A DNA stretch of 59,966 nt, the filler included, from Dimargaris cristalligena (Eukaryota): NCBI GenBank assembly GCA_003614675.1. It is 4 parts of 4 records of this genome, joined end to end, with 100 filler letters (N's around TTAATTAATTAA, not from the genome) between each part and the next. Parts side by side here need not be neighbours in the genome. Positions count along the whole stretch, not along the records: positions 15,073 to 30,001 come from ML002923.1; positions 30,102 to 44,985 come from ML002925.1; 2 more parts are not named here. One strand, written 5' to 3'. Of this stretch, positions 22,120 to 35,144 are shown one piece after another (position 1 is the first letter of the stretch; the number at the start of each line of letters is the position of its first letter). The notes beneath the pieces are model-generated. The model saw only the letters and a list, made by a program, of their open reading frames with translations, ran no database searches and had not been told where the DNA came from. Made by a program: the position numbers and the translations under genes.

Positions 22120-24538
22120 ATGGCTGACACCGGAGACTGGTGCTTGATCGAAAGCGATCCTGGTAAGACCCCCGGGTAACCTTATCAATTAGTCCTATTC
22201 CACATAGACTCCAGCGAGACGAGATAGCCCAGCTACTCCGACCACGAACAAACCGGCGGGTCCGCTCAGTGCAGGCCAATGACCCGAGATTATTTTTAAA
22301 GAGGGGCTGCATTGCTTTGCTACTGGTCCTTTCTCTCCCCCCATTAACCCACAGCCACTCCTTGTGTATGCCTATATTATGTACAGGCGTCTTTACCGAG
22401 CTCATCGCCAATATGGGCGTCAAAGGCACCCAAGTAGAGGAAGTCTATAGTCTCGATGACGCGTCCCTCAGTGCTCTCAAGTAGGTCCCATAGCATACAT
22501 GGGCCATATGCCCTCGCTTCCACATCTTCGTTATTATTAAAATACCCTCCGTTCGCTTGGCAGCCATTCCTTCCTTGTCTTCCTACTCATTCCATATGTG
22601 ATGCCTTTGTTTAATCCGACTTTACACCGACCCTCTCCCCATTAGGCCGATCTACGGGCTGATTTTCCTGTTTAAATGGCAGTCGGATAGCCAGACCCCG
22701 CGTCCGTCGGGCGACGTCGGCATTGACTCGCATCAGGATACTCATGTCTTTTTTGCCAAACAGGTACGTAACTATCCAATGGCACCGTAGAGCGCACGCT
22801 CTTGCTGTAACTCTCTGTATCCGTTCGCCTCGATCCGGTCTAACTCGTCGCTTGATACATGGTCCCTAATTACCCCTCCAACTACTTACACTGGTTTCTA
22901 CCCCCAGGTGATCAACAATGCATGCGCGACCCAAGCTATTCTGTCTATCCTACTTAATACCCCCGGTATCGAACTGGGTGACGAGCTTCGGCAATTCAAA
23001 GAATTCACCCACGAATTCTCACCGGAAGTAAGTCCCGAATTCAGTTGCATCGCATTTTGTCCCCAACTGATATAGTGGCGATTGGATATCGATGCCCCCA
23101 AATGTCACTTACCTGATGTTGCTACCATCCCACCCCCTTACAGCAGAACCGTCGTTTAATTGATTTAATCAACTATAGCCGTAACTCCGCCAATGCTAAT
23201 CCATTCATTGATTTTTTTGGCATCATCTTTTAACGATTGACTTATTACTGGTAATTATGTCCCTCTACCGTACGCATTCACCACCCACCATCGTTGTTCT
23301 CAGCTTAAAGGACTAGCCATTTCCAACAGCGACGTTATTCGAACTGTCCATAATTCCTTCGCGAGGTAAGCACCAGCTCTTCTTCATCCACCAGTTGCAG
23401 TTGAAGCGACCCGGCTGATGGGTTTAATATCCGGGAAGTTACTAACCCCTATCCCTATTTTTCGCCCAACCGTTCGATTCTCCTGGACTCATATAATGAA
23501 TGACCTTGGGCATAGATCTGACCTTTTTGTCAATGACGAGCCGGCCTCGGCCTCCGACTCGAACGATGTCTTTCATTTCATTAGCTACGTTCCTGTTGCC
23601 GGCTGTTTATACGAACTTGACGGACTGAAGGACGCCCCTGTCAACCATGGGTCGTGTACCGACGAAGACTGGCTCCAAAAGGCCCGGCCCCTGATACAGG
23701 CACGCATGGCAAGGTGGGTGACCATGTTTTTTTCCCGCTATTTTTGCCAATACCCCACTACCCCCTGTATAGTACTGATAGCTTACATTCCATCAGATAT
23801 CTAATATCCGATTACCTTATACGTCAATTGTTGATTTGGCACGGTTGGACGATCGATTGATTCCTCCAGATATGCGACATCGGAAATCCGATTTAATCTT
23901 TTGGCCGTGATGGAAAGTCGCCATTCGCTTTACCAAAAGCGCATGGACGAAATTGAACGGATCCTCCAGGATATCCAAGTCCGCATCGGAAACCTACAAT
24001 TGGTAAGTAGTACATGCTTTCATTCTATATATATATATATATATATGTGTGTGTTTGATTTGGCTGATGGAGAAGGGTGTTTTGTCGACCTTGGTGATTA
24101 TCCGGGGTGGCGGGAGATGTAGGAGTAAGGTGCTTTTACCGTTCTAACCGTCGCATTTATCTTATCCCTGATCTGATGCATATACTAACGTGGTGTTGGT
24201 GGAATGATACTATACCCTCCATCTAGGAGAGCGCTGCTTCGACCCCTAATGGCAGTGTTGAGCCGTCAACACCCACGGCCACCCCCGCTGCCGAGCTAGG
24301 TAAAGAAGACATCCAAGAGCTGCAGGCCCGAATCATTGCTCTGGAGGACGAGAAAAGCCAGCTTAGTTACAAACTAACCCTGGAGCAACTGAAACTTCGG
24401 CGGTACAAAGATGAGAATGTACTCCGCAAGCATAACTTCATTCCCCTTGTTTACAATCTCATTCGACAATTGGCCAAGAAAAATCAGCTGGGGGATCTGA
24501 TCAGCGACGCTAAGTTGAAGAAGCGGCGCCAGTCTTAG
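22120..24538 (+). CDS. UCHL5: Ubiquitin C-terminal hydrolase UCH37/UCHL5 (peptidase C12 plus C-terminal ULD), 8 exons
   Basis: Exons 22120-22162, 22387-22480, 22646-22763, 22908-23027, 23304-23365, 23516-23713, 23870-24002 and 24227-24538, all GT-AG with continuous frame. Motifs [40 protein letters not shown] (catalytic Cys), FHFISYVP (His), YELDGL (Asp), EIRFNLLAV and [11 protein letters not shown]. Confidence 0.95.
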
Positions 24539-26370
24539 TCTCACTATATATATATGTGTGTGGTTTCGGTGGGGAATGGATATGTCCGCAAAATCACTTT
24601 CTTTCTCGGGCTGTCTTGAATATTCAACTTGAGTTGTATCCTCGTTTTTGACTCGTTATATATACGTTATTATATTGACCAACCATCAAATTCACGGAAT
24701 TAAGTCGTTGAATTGAAGGCCGATGAACCCCTTTTACGATACTATCCTGTCATGTGTATTGGATCGAGGTGCTTTCTCCTTCCCAGTGCTACACCGTTCC
24801 TCTCATAAATCCGAACCCTCCATTTTTTCATCCAAGGCTGGTGGTCCAAGTGACGTTGAGCTTTGATATAGTTACGAGGAATGGATTAAAAACACGCGTG
24901 TTTATACTTATCCAGATAGGACCGAATTGCATTATGGTATCTGATTCGCTGGCGATGGCGAATTAATCGAGCGGGTTTATCATCATGTCAGCAGTTTAAT
25001 CGCCGCCCACACACATGTATTTATCACCTTACTCCACCCAATCCTTTTTCTACTCTAGACTAATACGCATGAGGTGGCGGATATATTATACTAGAAAACA
25101 GATCATACCCAATCGTTTTAATCTCTGCGCCACGTATTACACAAACAGTAGCTGCTATAGCATTGTATAGCCTATGCTCAAAGAGATGCTTCTCTAGATG
25201 AGGTGGAGTGGTGACTGTTTGCAAAACATATACGCCTGGGGTGAAGGGTGACGATGGCTTCAACGTACCTGGCTAAAAATAGTCAGTAGAGTGATATCTG
25301 GGAAACATCCCAAGTGTTGGCATGCAATAGTGCGCCGCCAACTGTGGAGTTAAGGGGGAAAGACCCTTTTCCCATTTAGTCAGCCCTGCACAAGACACGA
25401 CGTCAAGGAGACGATGATGTGTGTTGCAGGTGGTTTTTACAGATGGAACCCATCATATCCCTCTTCTTCCTTCCTTCAGTGGGGAGACTAAGCTGGGATG
25501 GACAACAATGGACTGGGCGTAGCAGGTGTGAACTAATAAGGAAGTAAAATAGGTGTGCGTGTGCGCTGTTGTAGTAGTAGTCTAGGCGTGTGATCAATCA
25601 CATACCCTTGACATCGTCTCAGCCCTTGGCCCCGCCCACTTTCTCTTCTTTCTTATTTGTATTGCTTTAGGCCACTACCATACTTTTCTCTTTCTGGAAT
25701 GGCTTTGCTCTCGTCCCTCTCATTCCCCCTCCTACTCAACTTTCTTCAGTGAAATTTTTACAACGTCGTCCTGAGCTTAGTAATATTGTTATTCTACTTT
25801 GACCGTTGTTTATACTTAGCTGGGGTTGTGACTAAGCGCATTCTCAACCAGTCAACGAAGTGCAGGGGCAATTAGGGTCTTCTAACTCTAAACGGTTAAC
25901 AATCGCTGCAGGTTCAGCGTGCCTATGCCCATTCGCGATTCCCTTCACCGACTATTTACAAGGTACGTCACCGGCGCCTGGTTTCCCTACACGGTTGTTT
26001 TCTCAAAACGCATAGGTATCAATGGCGACTCGAACAAACTCTAATGCGAATTGGAAGTAGCCAATGACATTGTAGCCCATACATTCCCATTTGGCATTAG
26101 CTGTTTGCCACATGGCCTTGCGTGGCTAAAGCAGTCACTACAGTCATTCGAGTCCCGGGCTTAGAGACTATTTCACACCAGAAGTCACATTTTAACTATA
26201 TTACAACTGCACTATTTATATATTTGACCTGTCCGCCCTTAGCAATTGCGGTATACCAAGTTCGCCATTGTGAGGGTACGCGCTCGTTCGATAGAGCCAC
26301 TTGATCGATTATCGTTTTTGATTAGCCCCCCCCGTCTGTTTATTTCCCCAAACTACATATTTCAGTATTA

Positions 26371-28470
26371 ATGTGGCGCTATTTGCCGGTGAATCCCCAA
26401 GGTATCGTCGGCCAGGTGCGGTCGACAGGTTGGAGATGCCCACCTCCCGTGCCCCTGAAGCTAACCCGGGCCATTCCAGGGACAGCACTGTCGTTATCCC
26501 CGGCGTCGCTCGGCCACCGACGATCATTCACGGGTACCCCATTTGGTCTCTTCGCCGCCCACCCATCCAGGGAACAGTCGGAAGCCAGACCCCGCTATCC
26601 CCACAACGATCCCTCTTGGTCTAACGGGGCAGCCCCCGCCCCACCGGACCCGCCGCTCCGGGCTTTCCCCTGTGTGGACCGAATTGAGGAACGGACCCGT
26701 CAACTAGAGACAGCTACGGGAACCACCCACCCTCACCCATTACCCCGGGCCCCGCCCGGCCATCGTACTTTCCGCTACCCCAGCCCTTTTTTGTGTGACT
26801 ACGGTGGATTCCTACCGGAGTTTCAACTGGCCTACGAAACATGGGGTACCCTGGATGCCCAGGCGAGTAATGCCATCCTAATCCATACGGGGCTTTCGGC
26901 GAACAGTCACGCCCGCAGTCATGCGGATAACGAGAATCCCGGTTGGTGGGAGAAGTTCATTGGTAAGCGAATCACGTAGTATGGAATTAGCCCACATATT
27001 ATTTGTTTATTGTTTTGATAATCCTTGGGGGACGTGCATTTGCTGCCGATGGACCAAGGTGCCACTGGGGGGGATACAGTGCTACCCTACTACATTTCTT
27101 GGGATCTACTTATTAAATTGATTGGCGCATTTTATTTCATCCTTCCCCCCCCTCATTTCACCCCTAAACCCGGTACGCTGGTTGCCATCCCAACAGGACC
27201 CGGTCTACCCATCGACACGAACAAATTCTTCGTTATTTGCACCAACGTTCTGGGAGGGTGTTACGGGTCTACCGGCCCCGCATCCATCAATCCGCATACC
27301 GGTCAACGCTATGCCACCCGATTCCCCATTCTGTCTATCCACGATATGGTCCGCGCCCAGTTCCTCATGTTGGACCATTTGGGAATCCAATGCCTTTACG
27401 CCAGCGTGGGGGCCAGCATGGGCGGTATGCAATCCCTGGCGGCCTGCGCCCTGTTTCCACACCGGGTTCGCCGGCTCATTACCATTTCGGCCTGCGCTCG
27501 CTCCCATCCCTATTCCATCGCGCTACGCCATGTTCAGCGCCAGGTCCTCATGTCGGATCCCAATTGGCGGAAAGGCTATTATTATGATCCGGTGGGAGGT
27601 GGTGATGCCACTACTAGTTCTTCGGGCGGTCACGCGGGTCCGGACGGATCGGGTTCGGGAGCAGTAGTACCCCCGCACGCGGGTATGAAACTGGCCCGGC
27701 AAATCGCTACCATTAGCTACCGCTCCGGCCCCGAATGGGAAAATCGGTTCGGACGCAAACGACTCCAACCCCAACAGCCCCCGGAATTCTGCGCCGATTT
27801 TATGATCGAATCCTATTTGGACCACCAGGGCGAGAAATTCTGTCTGGAGTACGATCCTAATTCCCTCCTCTATATTTCCAAAGCCATGGATTTGTTTGAT
27901 ATGTCCAGCTCGGCCCTGCAGGAAATCATCCAACGCCGATCGCGGGCGTGGCACCAGTTCGCCCGTGATCGACCGGAATTGAAGTTTCCAACAGCGGATT
28001 CTTGTCGGGAAGGGGAGGGCGCCTACCCATCTATTCCCCGCCCATCATCGGATGGAACGGGAGAGCAGGGACCATTAGCGTCTCCGGATCATGAATGGAA
28101 TCATCCGGTCGATTCTTCCCAATGTTCCCGGGGTAGTAGTAACCCTCTGTCTGACGAAGCCGGCACCGATAAACGGGAAGGTACCGACAGCATGATGAAC
28201 GACGCCTACGCGGACGACCGTAATTTAGTGGCCGGCCTGCGGGACATTCAAATCCCCACCCTGGTACTTGGGGTCAAATCCGATATCCTGTTCCCCGTGT
28301 GGCAGCAACAGGAAATCGCGCGCTCCCTCCGACGGGCCGGCAATTCGAGGGTTACTTACTACGAATTGGACGCCTTTTACGGCCATGACACTTTTTTAAT
28401 TGATCTGCCTAATATTGGGGCGGCGGTGAAGGGCCATTTGGAAAACCACATTGAAGGACGAGAGGAATAG
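26371..28470 (+). CDS. CYS2: MetX/homoserine acetyltransferase-fold enzyme of the Cys2/CysA type (probable serine O-succinyl/acetyl-transferase), mitochondrial, 2 exons
   Basis: Exon 1 26371-26962 (donor GTAAGC), exon 2 27197-28470. Motifs LAYETWGTL, ILIHTGLSANSHA, PGWWEKFIGPG, NVLGGCYGSTGP, nucleophile GASMGG, SDILFP and GHDTFL. Arg-rich N-terminal extension. Confidence 0.85.
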
Positions 28471-30001
28471 CTTTTATTCTAAGTTTTAGTAGTCGTGAAT
28501 GTAAGAATAAGGTAATAGTGTATAGTATGGACTCTATAATTCCCATATACTCACTCCCTCCACCCACCCCGATTTGTATATTCAACCTTCCGGGACCAAC
28601 CTATCCACACACACTGGGGCCTGCTTAATTCATTGATAATTCTTGGTATATTTAGCCTATACTTCCATTCTTGTAACACCCTCGGGGAAAAGGCCTACCT
28701 AACTCTCTATACTGTATATTCAAGCGCCCTAATGGCGCTGAAAAAAGAAAGGAAATCATCCGGGATGACAGATCACCCGCGGCCAAGTTTTACGGTTAAA
28801 CAGGGGTGGAAATATGAAGCAGTGATCCTAATTGGAATCAGGAATAATATTAAAAATAAAGCTAAATATATAAAATCCATCGCGGGTTCAAAGATTCCGT
28901 CAATCATTTCCAATTACTAATCGGGAAAATGGGAGCAATGTATATGGCAATTTCTAAATATTAGCTCACCATCCCCCAGAACCCAAGTTGGGTGGATGTG
29001 CTGCCACTGTATCAACTCTTCTTTATCATTAGAGTATACGCAATCCCGAATTTTCCGGTTATGGCCATATGCACGTTAAAGTACCGTATCCCGTTAGATC
29101 TGCGTAGTCAAGTACGTGTCAGCTAATTTAGTACTGAGGTGGGTGACCACTTGGGAATAGTTAGTGCTATAAATCTTTTCTTTTATTTGGGATTGCTCCG
29201 GAACATCGTTTTGATTATAAATGACAGTAAGACTGGGACTATGCACGCCGATCCTAATATGCCTTGCTAATGCTTTGATAAGCAGCTTAGCATATAACTA
29301 AATCTATTTTAGTGGTGGTATATTTTATTAGTAAGTCCAATGTGACGGACCCTACTTTTATCTTGTAATCTATTTACAGCCGTGGTCACTCATTTAACTG
29401 CAATGCCAAACCGTTAGAGGACTTAAGATGAACGAATGCCCTGACTGCTTTATTTTAATACAATGCAATGCCTTAGTGCCCTCGCGTTAGCCGAAAATAT
29501 ATAATCGTTAAAGTTGTTCAGCGGCTAGACTGGCATCAAGCTACCAAGATATCACAGATGCAATTAAAAAATATGGCTGTGTTACCCAGGTTATATAGCG
29601 TACGGGAGTGCTGCCCTATTTATTGATTGAAAATATGCTTCGGTTATTCCGTGAAGTAGCATCTCACAATACAGGCTGGGTATAGGTAAATACCGCGAGC
29701 AGGGGCAACAGGCACTTATTAATGTAGTGTTCGAAAGGCACGGCTTGTTCGGAAATACAGACAGTAATAAAGAGTGCGCCGCGAAATATCCAATTGTTAT
29801 GGGATTTAGTAAAAATGTAAATAATTCACTGAAAACAATAGATAATCGATGGAAATTAGATTTAAAGAATTTATTAAGAAAAATGAGGAAGAGAAAAGCT
29901 GGTTGCCGAATTCAAGAAAGTGCGAAGTTGCTGGTATTTATATGGTAAGGAACTAGTGATAAATATAGCCGTTCCTGATTACAATCAGAGGCTATCTATA
30001 T

Positions 30002-30101
30002 NNNNNNNNNNNNNNNNNNNNNNNNNNNNNNNNNNNNNNNNNNNNTTAATTAATTAANNNNNNNNNNNNNNNNNNNNNNNNNNNNNNNNNNNNNNNNNNN
30101 N
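30002..30101. other. Artificial contig spacer (44 N + TTAATTAATTAA + 44 N)
   Basis: Same structure as the other two spacers. The VPS8 ORF is cut here and does not continue on the other side. Confidence 0.97.
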
Positions 30102-33100
30102 CAACGTACGGAGATATTGGTACGTTGCTTGAGGTGCCCCACTCAACCAGTGCACCGCCAGTAAATGGGGGAACCCCAGCGTATTGGCCCACCGGCCTAA
30201 ACACTGGGTGGCCAAACCCACCAGACGTTGGGCGGCCATCCGGCCGGCCCGTGACCGGTCATCGATAGAATGAATCATGGTGTCCATCTGGGACGACACC
30301 GAAGTGGGGGTGGAAGGTACCGGCGTCGAAGAGGCGGGTGATGAAGTTGACGTAGGGTGGTGGCTCAGTGTGGGGCGCAGTAAATCAAATGACGGGGTGG
30401 TAATGGACCAGAACCGTTGCATGAATTCTATGGTTTGTTGGGCGTCGAGTTCGACGAGGGTGGCCAAATGGTGGAGGCTTACTAAGCGTAATTGGTGGAA
30501 TTGCTCCTGCCAGTGGGCCGCGGCGCTGGCATCATCGCAGTGGGAGGGAACCGGGAAAGAAGTGAAGGAGGACGACGAAAAAGAGGACCGGCCGGCAAAG
30601 GCGTCGCGGGTAGGGTCGGTCATCCAAGGGCCCCCGCCTGGGGACCGTTCCGCTTCAAACTCCGGTGCCCATTCGGGGTCGGATTGACTGGGGAGGAGTG
30701 ACGAGGCCGAAGGGACGGCCTGAGCGGTAATATGCGACTTGCAGTCGGTCGAAGTCGGGTCTAAATCAACCGACTTGGTGTCGTTCATAACGGGAGTTGC
30801 CCGACCGGATCCGGGGTCACTATCAGTCATATCGTCCGTAGTTCCCGACTGTCTCCCCCAGGGCCCGAACTGGACCCCATCGCTATTAATTACGACCATC
30901 GGGTCCCGGTCCACCTGATACTCATCCAACTTCAGGAACTCGTGCAAACAAGCGAAAATACCCATTCGTCGGGACCGGTCGGGGTCCTGTAAATACGATT
31001 TGGCGACCCCGTCGAGCCGACCCAGCACGCGGTTAAGCAGTCCAACCACCCGGTAGAAACCCACACGTTCACAACCGGCCAGGAAATTATCGACCCGGTT
31101 GGGTAGGCGCATATTTACCAAACATTGGACCCCCAGCTGCCGCTCCTGGAAAACGTGGGGGTGGTTAGGGCCACTGGCCGAGGGCGATAGAGGGAGGGAG
31201 GGACTGGGCGGGGGTAGGGCCTCTAAATGGTAGAGTATATCAGTAGGATCCTCGGTCGTTGGGGAGCTTCCGGCCTCCCTGGGACTATGGGCGGTTTGAT
31301 TTTGATTTTGATTTTGATTTTGGATTTGGATTTGGATTTGCCGGTGGTGGTATACCGCCAGAGGCGGGGCCAAAAGAAACCAAATCAGGCTATCCAGACG
31401 GGACTCGGTAATGTAAATCAAGGGATACAGCTGGGCATAGTTACGGGCTATAAAGCTATACATGAGGCAAATCTGGCGCAACACCATGTCCCAGCTCCAA
31501 GTGTCAGCCGAATTAGTTGGAATGTCGCAGGCGTAGATTTGGCTGGGGCTAAACTCCAGATGGTAAAACGCGATGCGCTGTAGGGTAGCTTCGGCAGTCT
31601 CCAGCAGGGCATTGGTGACGGCCTGGCGGGCCGATACGAGGCCGGTGGCTTTATGAAGGGTAACGGGCTCCCCCTCGTCCCCGGAACTCCCCCCCGCGAC
31701 CAGTCCCGCCGGTTCGGGCTGGAGGGTTAATTGGTGAATATCCGGTAATTCCATGACCGCGTCCAAAAAGCGAACCACGGTGGGGGTATCGATCGTCAAT
31801 AAGGTAGACAGGGTCGGGTACCGCGGACAAAACGTGATGCCACCCTCCGCCCGGGTGGTGGCGGGCAGGGTGGGGCTCGTGGGACGTCGGGGCCGGAACC
31901 AGTAGTGGAATATCGCCCGCCGGGCTTTCAGAGCGACGGCGTCGGGCCAGGGTTGGCCCCGGGGGTAACTCTGGCCCGCCAGCATACGCCGACTGTAATC
32001 CAGAATGCGGTCCAACTGTTGGCGCAAGGGGCCCCCTTCTTCGAGCATAGCCATGGTCGACACTGACGCTCCTGATAGACGGGACCACTGCCGGTAGAGG
32101 GCCGGATGGTCAACGAGCGAACCGGTCGGGTGCGGTGATCCGATTTGGCTCCACTCGGTAACTAACCGCTCGATCAGCTCATCAAGGGGACGGATAAAGT
32201 CCTGTACCGCATGGTTCCACGTGTAGATCATCAAGTCGTCCAGCTTAAGGCGGTGGCACACATGCAGGACCCGGTCGATATCGAAGCTGGCGATCGGGTC
32301 CAGGCGAAGGAGTAGGGATTCGAGACGGGGGTGCTGAAGTGGTTCCGGGCTAAGCCAGTCGAGGAAGTCGTGCACGACGTCGGGGGGTACCACCGTGACT
32401 GGTTGGATCCGGTTGGCGGCTAGGGCGGGCTCTAAGACGGTTAGAAGGGCCACGTGTCGATTAAACTGGCGGTACACTCGGTAGACGTCGTGGAAGAGAT
32501 ATTCCACGTCAGCGATTTGACCCGTAGCTAAGCAGGCCTCGAGGCAGGCACTGGCCAGTTCGTGGTAGTTCGACACCGGGGCATCCGCTGCAGCGGACCC
32601 ATTGTCTCGATTAAATACATAATTTAGGGAGGCCCGCATGAGCGAGCGCAATTGGTCAATCAACAACTGGGTACTCTCTCTGGGATCGGAGGGGAGGCCC
32701 AAAACCAATTCAGCGGAAGGCAGTACGACTTCAGCTGGACTATCAACGACCCGCTGGGCCCGGGGAACCATGACATAGTCACCCGTAGGAGAGGGCGGGG
32801 TTACTTCGGAGAGTATAGGGGAAGGGGTGTTTGGGGATTGATCTGCCCCGGTTGCTACACCGGGGTAGGAAAGTCCAGCGGGCAGTGGGCGGTTGGTATG
32901 GGAGAAAAGGAATCGCGTTACGCAGCGAATGGCCGCTACATACCGGCCCTGTCCGATCAGCCGTACGATACGGTCGGACCAGTTCAACAGAGTGACGGTA
33001 TGAATACCGGCCCCCGCTACTAGGTACATACGGCCTTTATAGCAGCGAATCGAGTTACCGTAAACTTCCAAAGGAGCCGGGGGGTTGCCCGGAAACGAGG

Positions 33101-35144
33101 CCCCTACGGAAGTGGTTTGGTGGGCCATTTCGGTATCAACCTGTAGGGTACCCACAGCACAATGGGCGTAGCGGTTAGCCCCGACTGATCGGGTAATGGC
33201 ATGTAAGTTAAGGCAATCATCCAAGACTTGAAGGGTACGCGAATTAAACCACTGGAGGGATCGGATGGGCGCCGAAAGTTCCGTTTCCATTAGAATTTGA
33301 AGGTCGACTGGGGAAGTCTGGCCGGCGGTGGGTACGGCCACTCCCCCAACCGAAGGCTGAGAACCCCGTCGGGGCCGTAATCGATCAGCGGGGGAGGTGG
33401 AGGTAGAGGAGGGAGATGCCGACGCGGACCAGAGCGGCGGAGTGCCACCCAGTCGGAGTCCCTGCGGTGAACCCCCGGCGGATTTACCCGGCACGGCCGT
33501 GGGGGGAGTGATTTGAGCAATATAGAGGCGATTGCGCCAGGCAAAAGCCAGGGAAGGCAATGATGCCGTTTCGGAGTGGGGCGAGGATTCCCGGACGGCG
33601 GGAAACCAAGCCAAGCAACCCGCCACCGGGGAGTCGAGTGGAAAGGGGGATGGATACTGGGCCAGGAGACGGGGCCGGATTTTAGTTTGTATAATAATAA
33701 GCTGGCGGTCGGCCAAGATAGCCACCAGCCCCAGGCGGTCGGCAAAGCTGGTAACGGTGCCGAACGGGAGGGCCTGGAGCGCGGTGGGGGTGCCAGGGTG
33801 GGCCATATCGATGGGTGAGGAGTCCACGGTGATGCCGAGTAAACCGCGGGTTAGTCGATGCAGCGTGAGCTGACCTTGGGTGTCCACGGATATCAACCGA
33901 CTATGACCTACGCCCAGGTACGTCAACTGAAAGATGGCGGGGCACTCCAGGGGATCCGCGGTAGGGAGGGTTTTCCGCCAGCTGCGGGGGTGTAGGGTTT
34001 TCAATCGCAGGGGACGCTCCCATTCCCAGATGGTCATGCGGCCATTGGCATAACCCGCCGCAATACAGGTCCGATCGGGGGAGACCGCCAGGGTCGTCAC
34101 AGCCCCCACCCCATGGGGGTTGATGGTGGTAATGCTTTCTGGGTCGTCTTCGGTTAGAACTTGTTCAAGGGTACCGTCGGGGCGGTTGGCGTATACGAGG
34201 ATAAAGCCGAACGAAGTGCCGACAAAGATGTGGGTGGACACTGCCAAGGCCGTGGGATGGCCTAGATGGCTGTACAAGGCCCGCAGAGCGTCCAGACCGG
34301 CGGGCACTACCGAAGTATCGCTAATCAGGGCGCGGGTTTGGAAAGCCTCGGGGGGCGCTGAATGGGACTCCGATTGGGTGGTGAGGGGATCAAGGGTAGT
34401 GTGACGGGACCCATTGGTAGCGGGCGAGCCCAGGCGGGCGACTAATGCGGACAGGTCCATACCCCCTTCCCATGACCCCGAGGGTACCCGAAAAGGCGTG
34501 GTCGGCTGGGAGGAGGGGAAGGCGGGACTCTCCGGGAGAGTGGGTGCCATTGCCGATAAAGCATCCGAATGCACGCTCCCCGCGGCAGCCAAGGGGGTGG
34601 CCTCCGGTAACCATAGATCAGCCGATGGGGAATCATTGGCATCCTCGGCCAAAATAGCGGAAAGCGACAGATCAGTCTCGGTAAACCGGCGGTAGACGGC
34701 CATATCCTCGATAATGGCATCCAGGCATTGGCGGGCGCGGCGGTATTGCTGGGGATCGGAAGGCTCGCCGTCCACATGAGCCAGGGGCGACGGACTAGAG
34801 AGTAGGAGAGCATCGGAGGAGATTAGGGAATAGCGGTGGTTTAACGGGGACGAGAGGGGGGAAGCACCGGGGCCGGCCTCGGTCGTCTCGGGGAATTCGG
34901 CCGGGCTGCTGGAGGTTTCGAGCTCCCTCTTGGGGGCGGGTGGTAATGGTGAAGCGGGCCTTAGCTGGGCCAAATGGATTTCCAGCTCATCCCGGAGACC
35001 TTGCAGGCTGGTTAGGGCGGCGTGGAGAGTGTCTGGGGAAGCGGCGGGAAGGTCGGGTTCGGGAATGACGGTTCGGCGGTATTCAGCGACAATGGCCTCG
35101 AGGGGCCGAATGCCATAGGTGATGCTAAGCGCCGAGGTCACCAT
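30102..35144 (-). CDS. VPS8: Vacuolar protein sorting protein Vps8 (CORVET subunit); C-terminus lost at contig end
   Basis: Open frame of about 1,680 aa. WD40 propeller (GHPTALAV..IFVGTSFGFILVY, GAVTTLAVSPDRTCIAAGYANG), then SIRCYKGRMYL..LLNWSDRI..GRYVAAI and an alpha-solenoid (LESLLLRLDP..FDIDRV..LMIYTWN..DFIRPL) typical of Vps8. Confidence 0.88.
31296..31340 (-). repeat. Coding hexamer repeat encoding QIQIQIQNQNQNQNQ within VPS8
   Basis: (ATTTTG)n followed by (ATTTGG)n on the + strand. Confidence 0.85.

Noticed and set aside
24900-24960. Fragments resembling the TPP riboswitch core (ATCTGGATAA, CCAGCGA on the minus strand)
   Set aside because: The motifs are in the wrong order, the CTGAGA element is missing, and there is no thiamine gene nearby.
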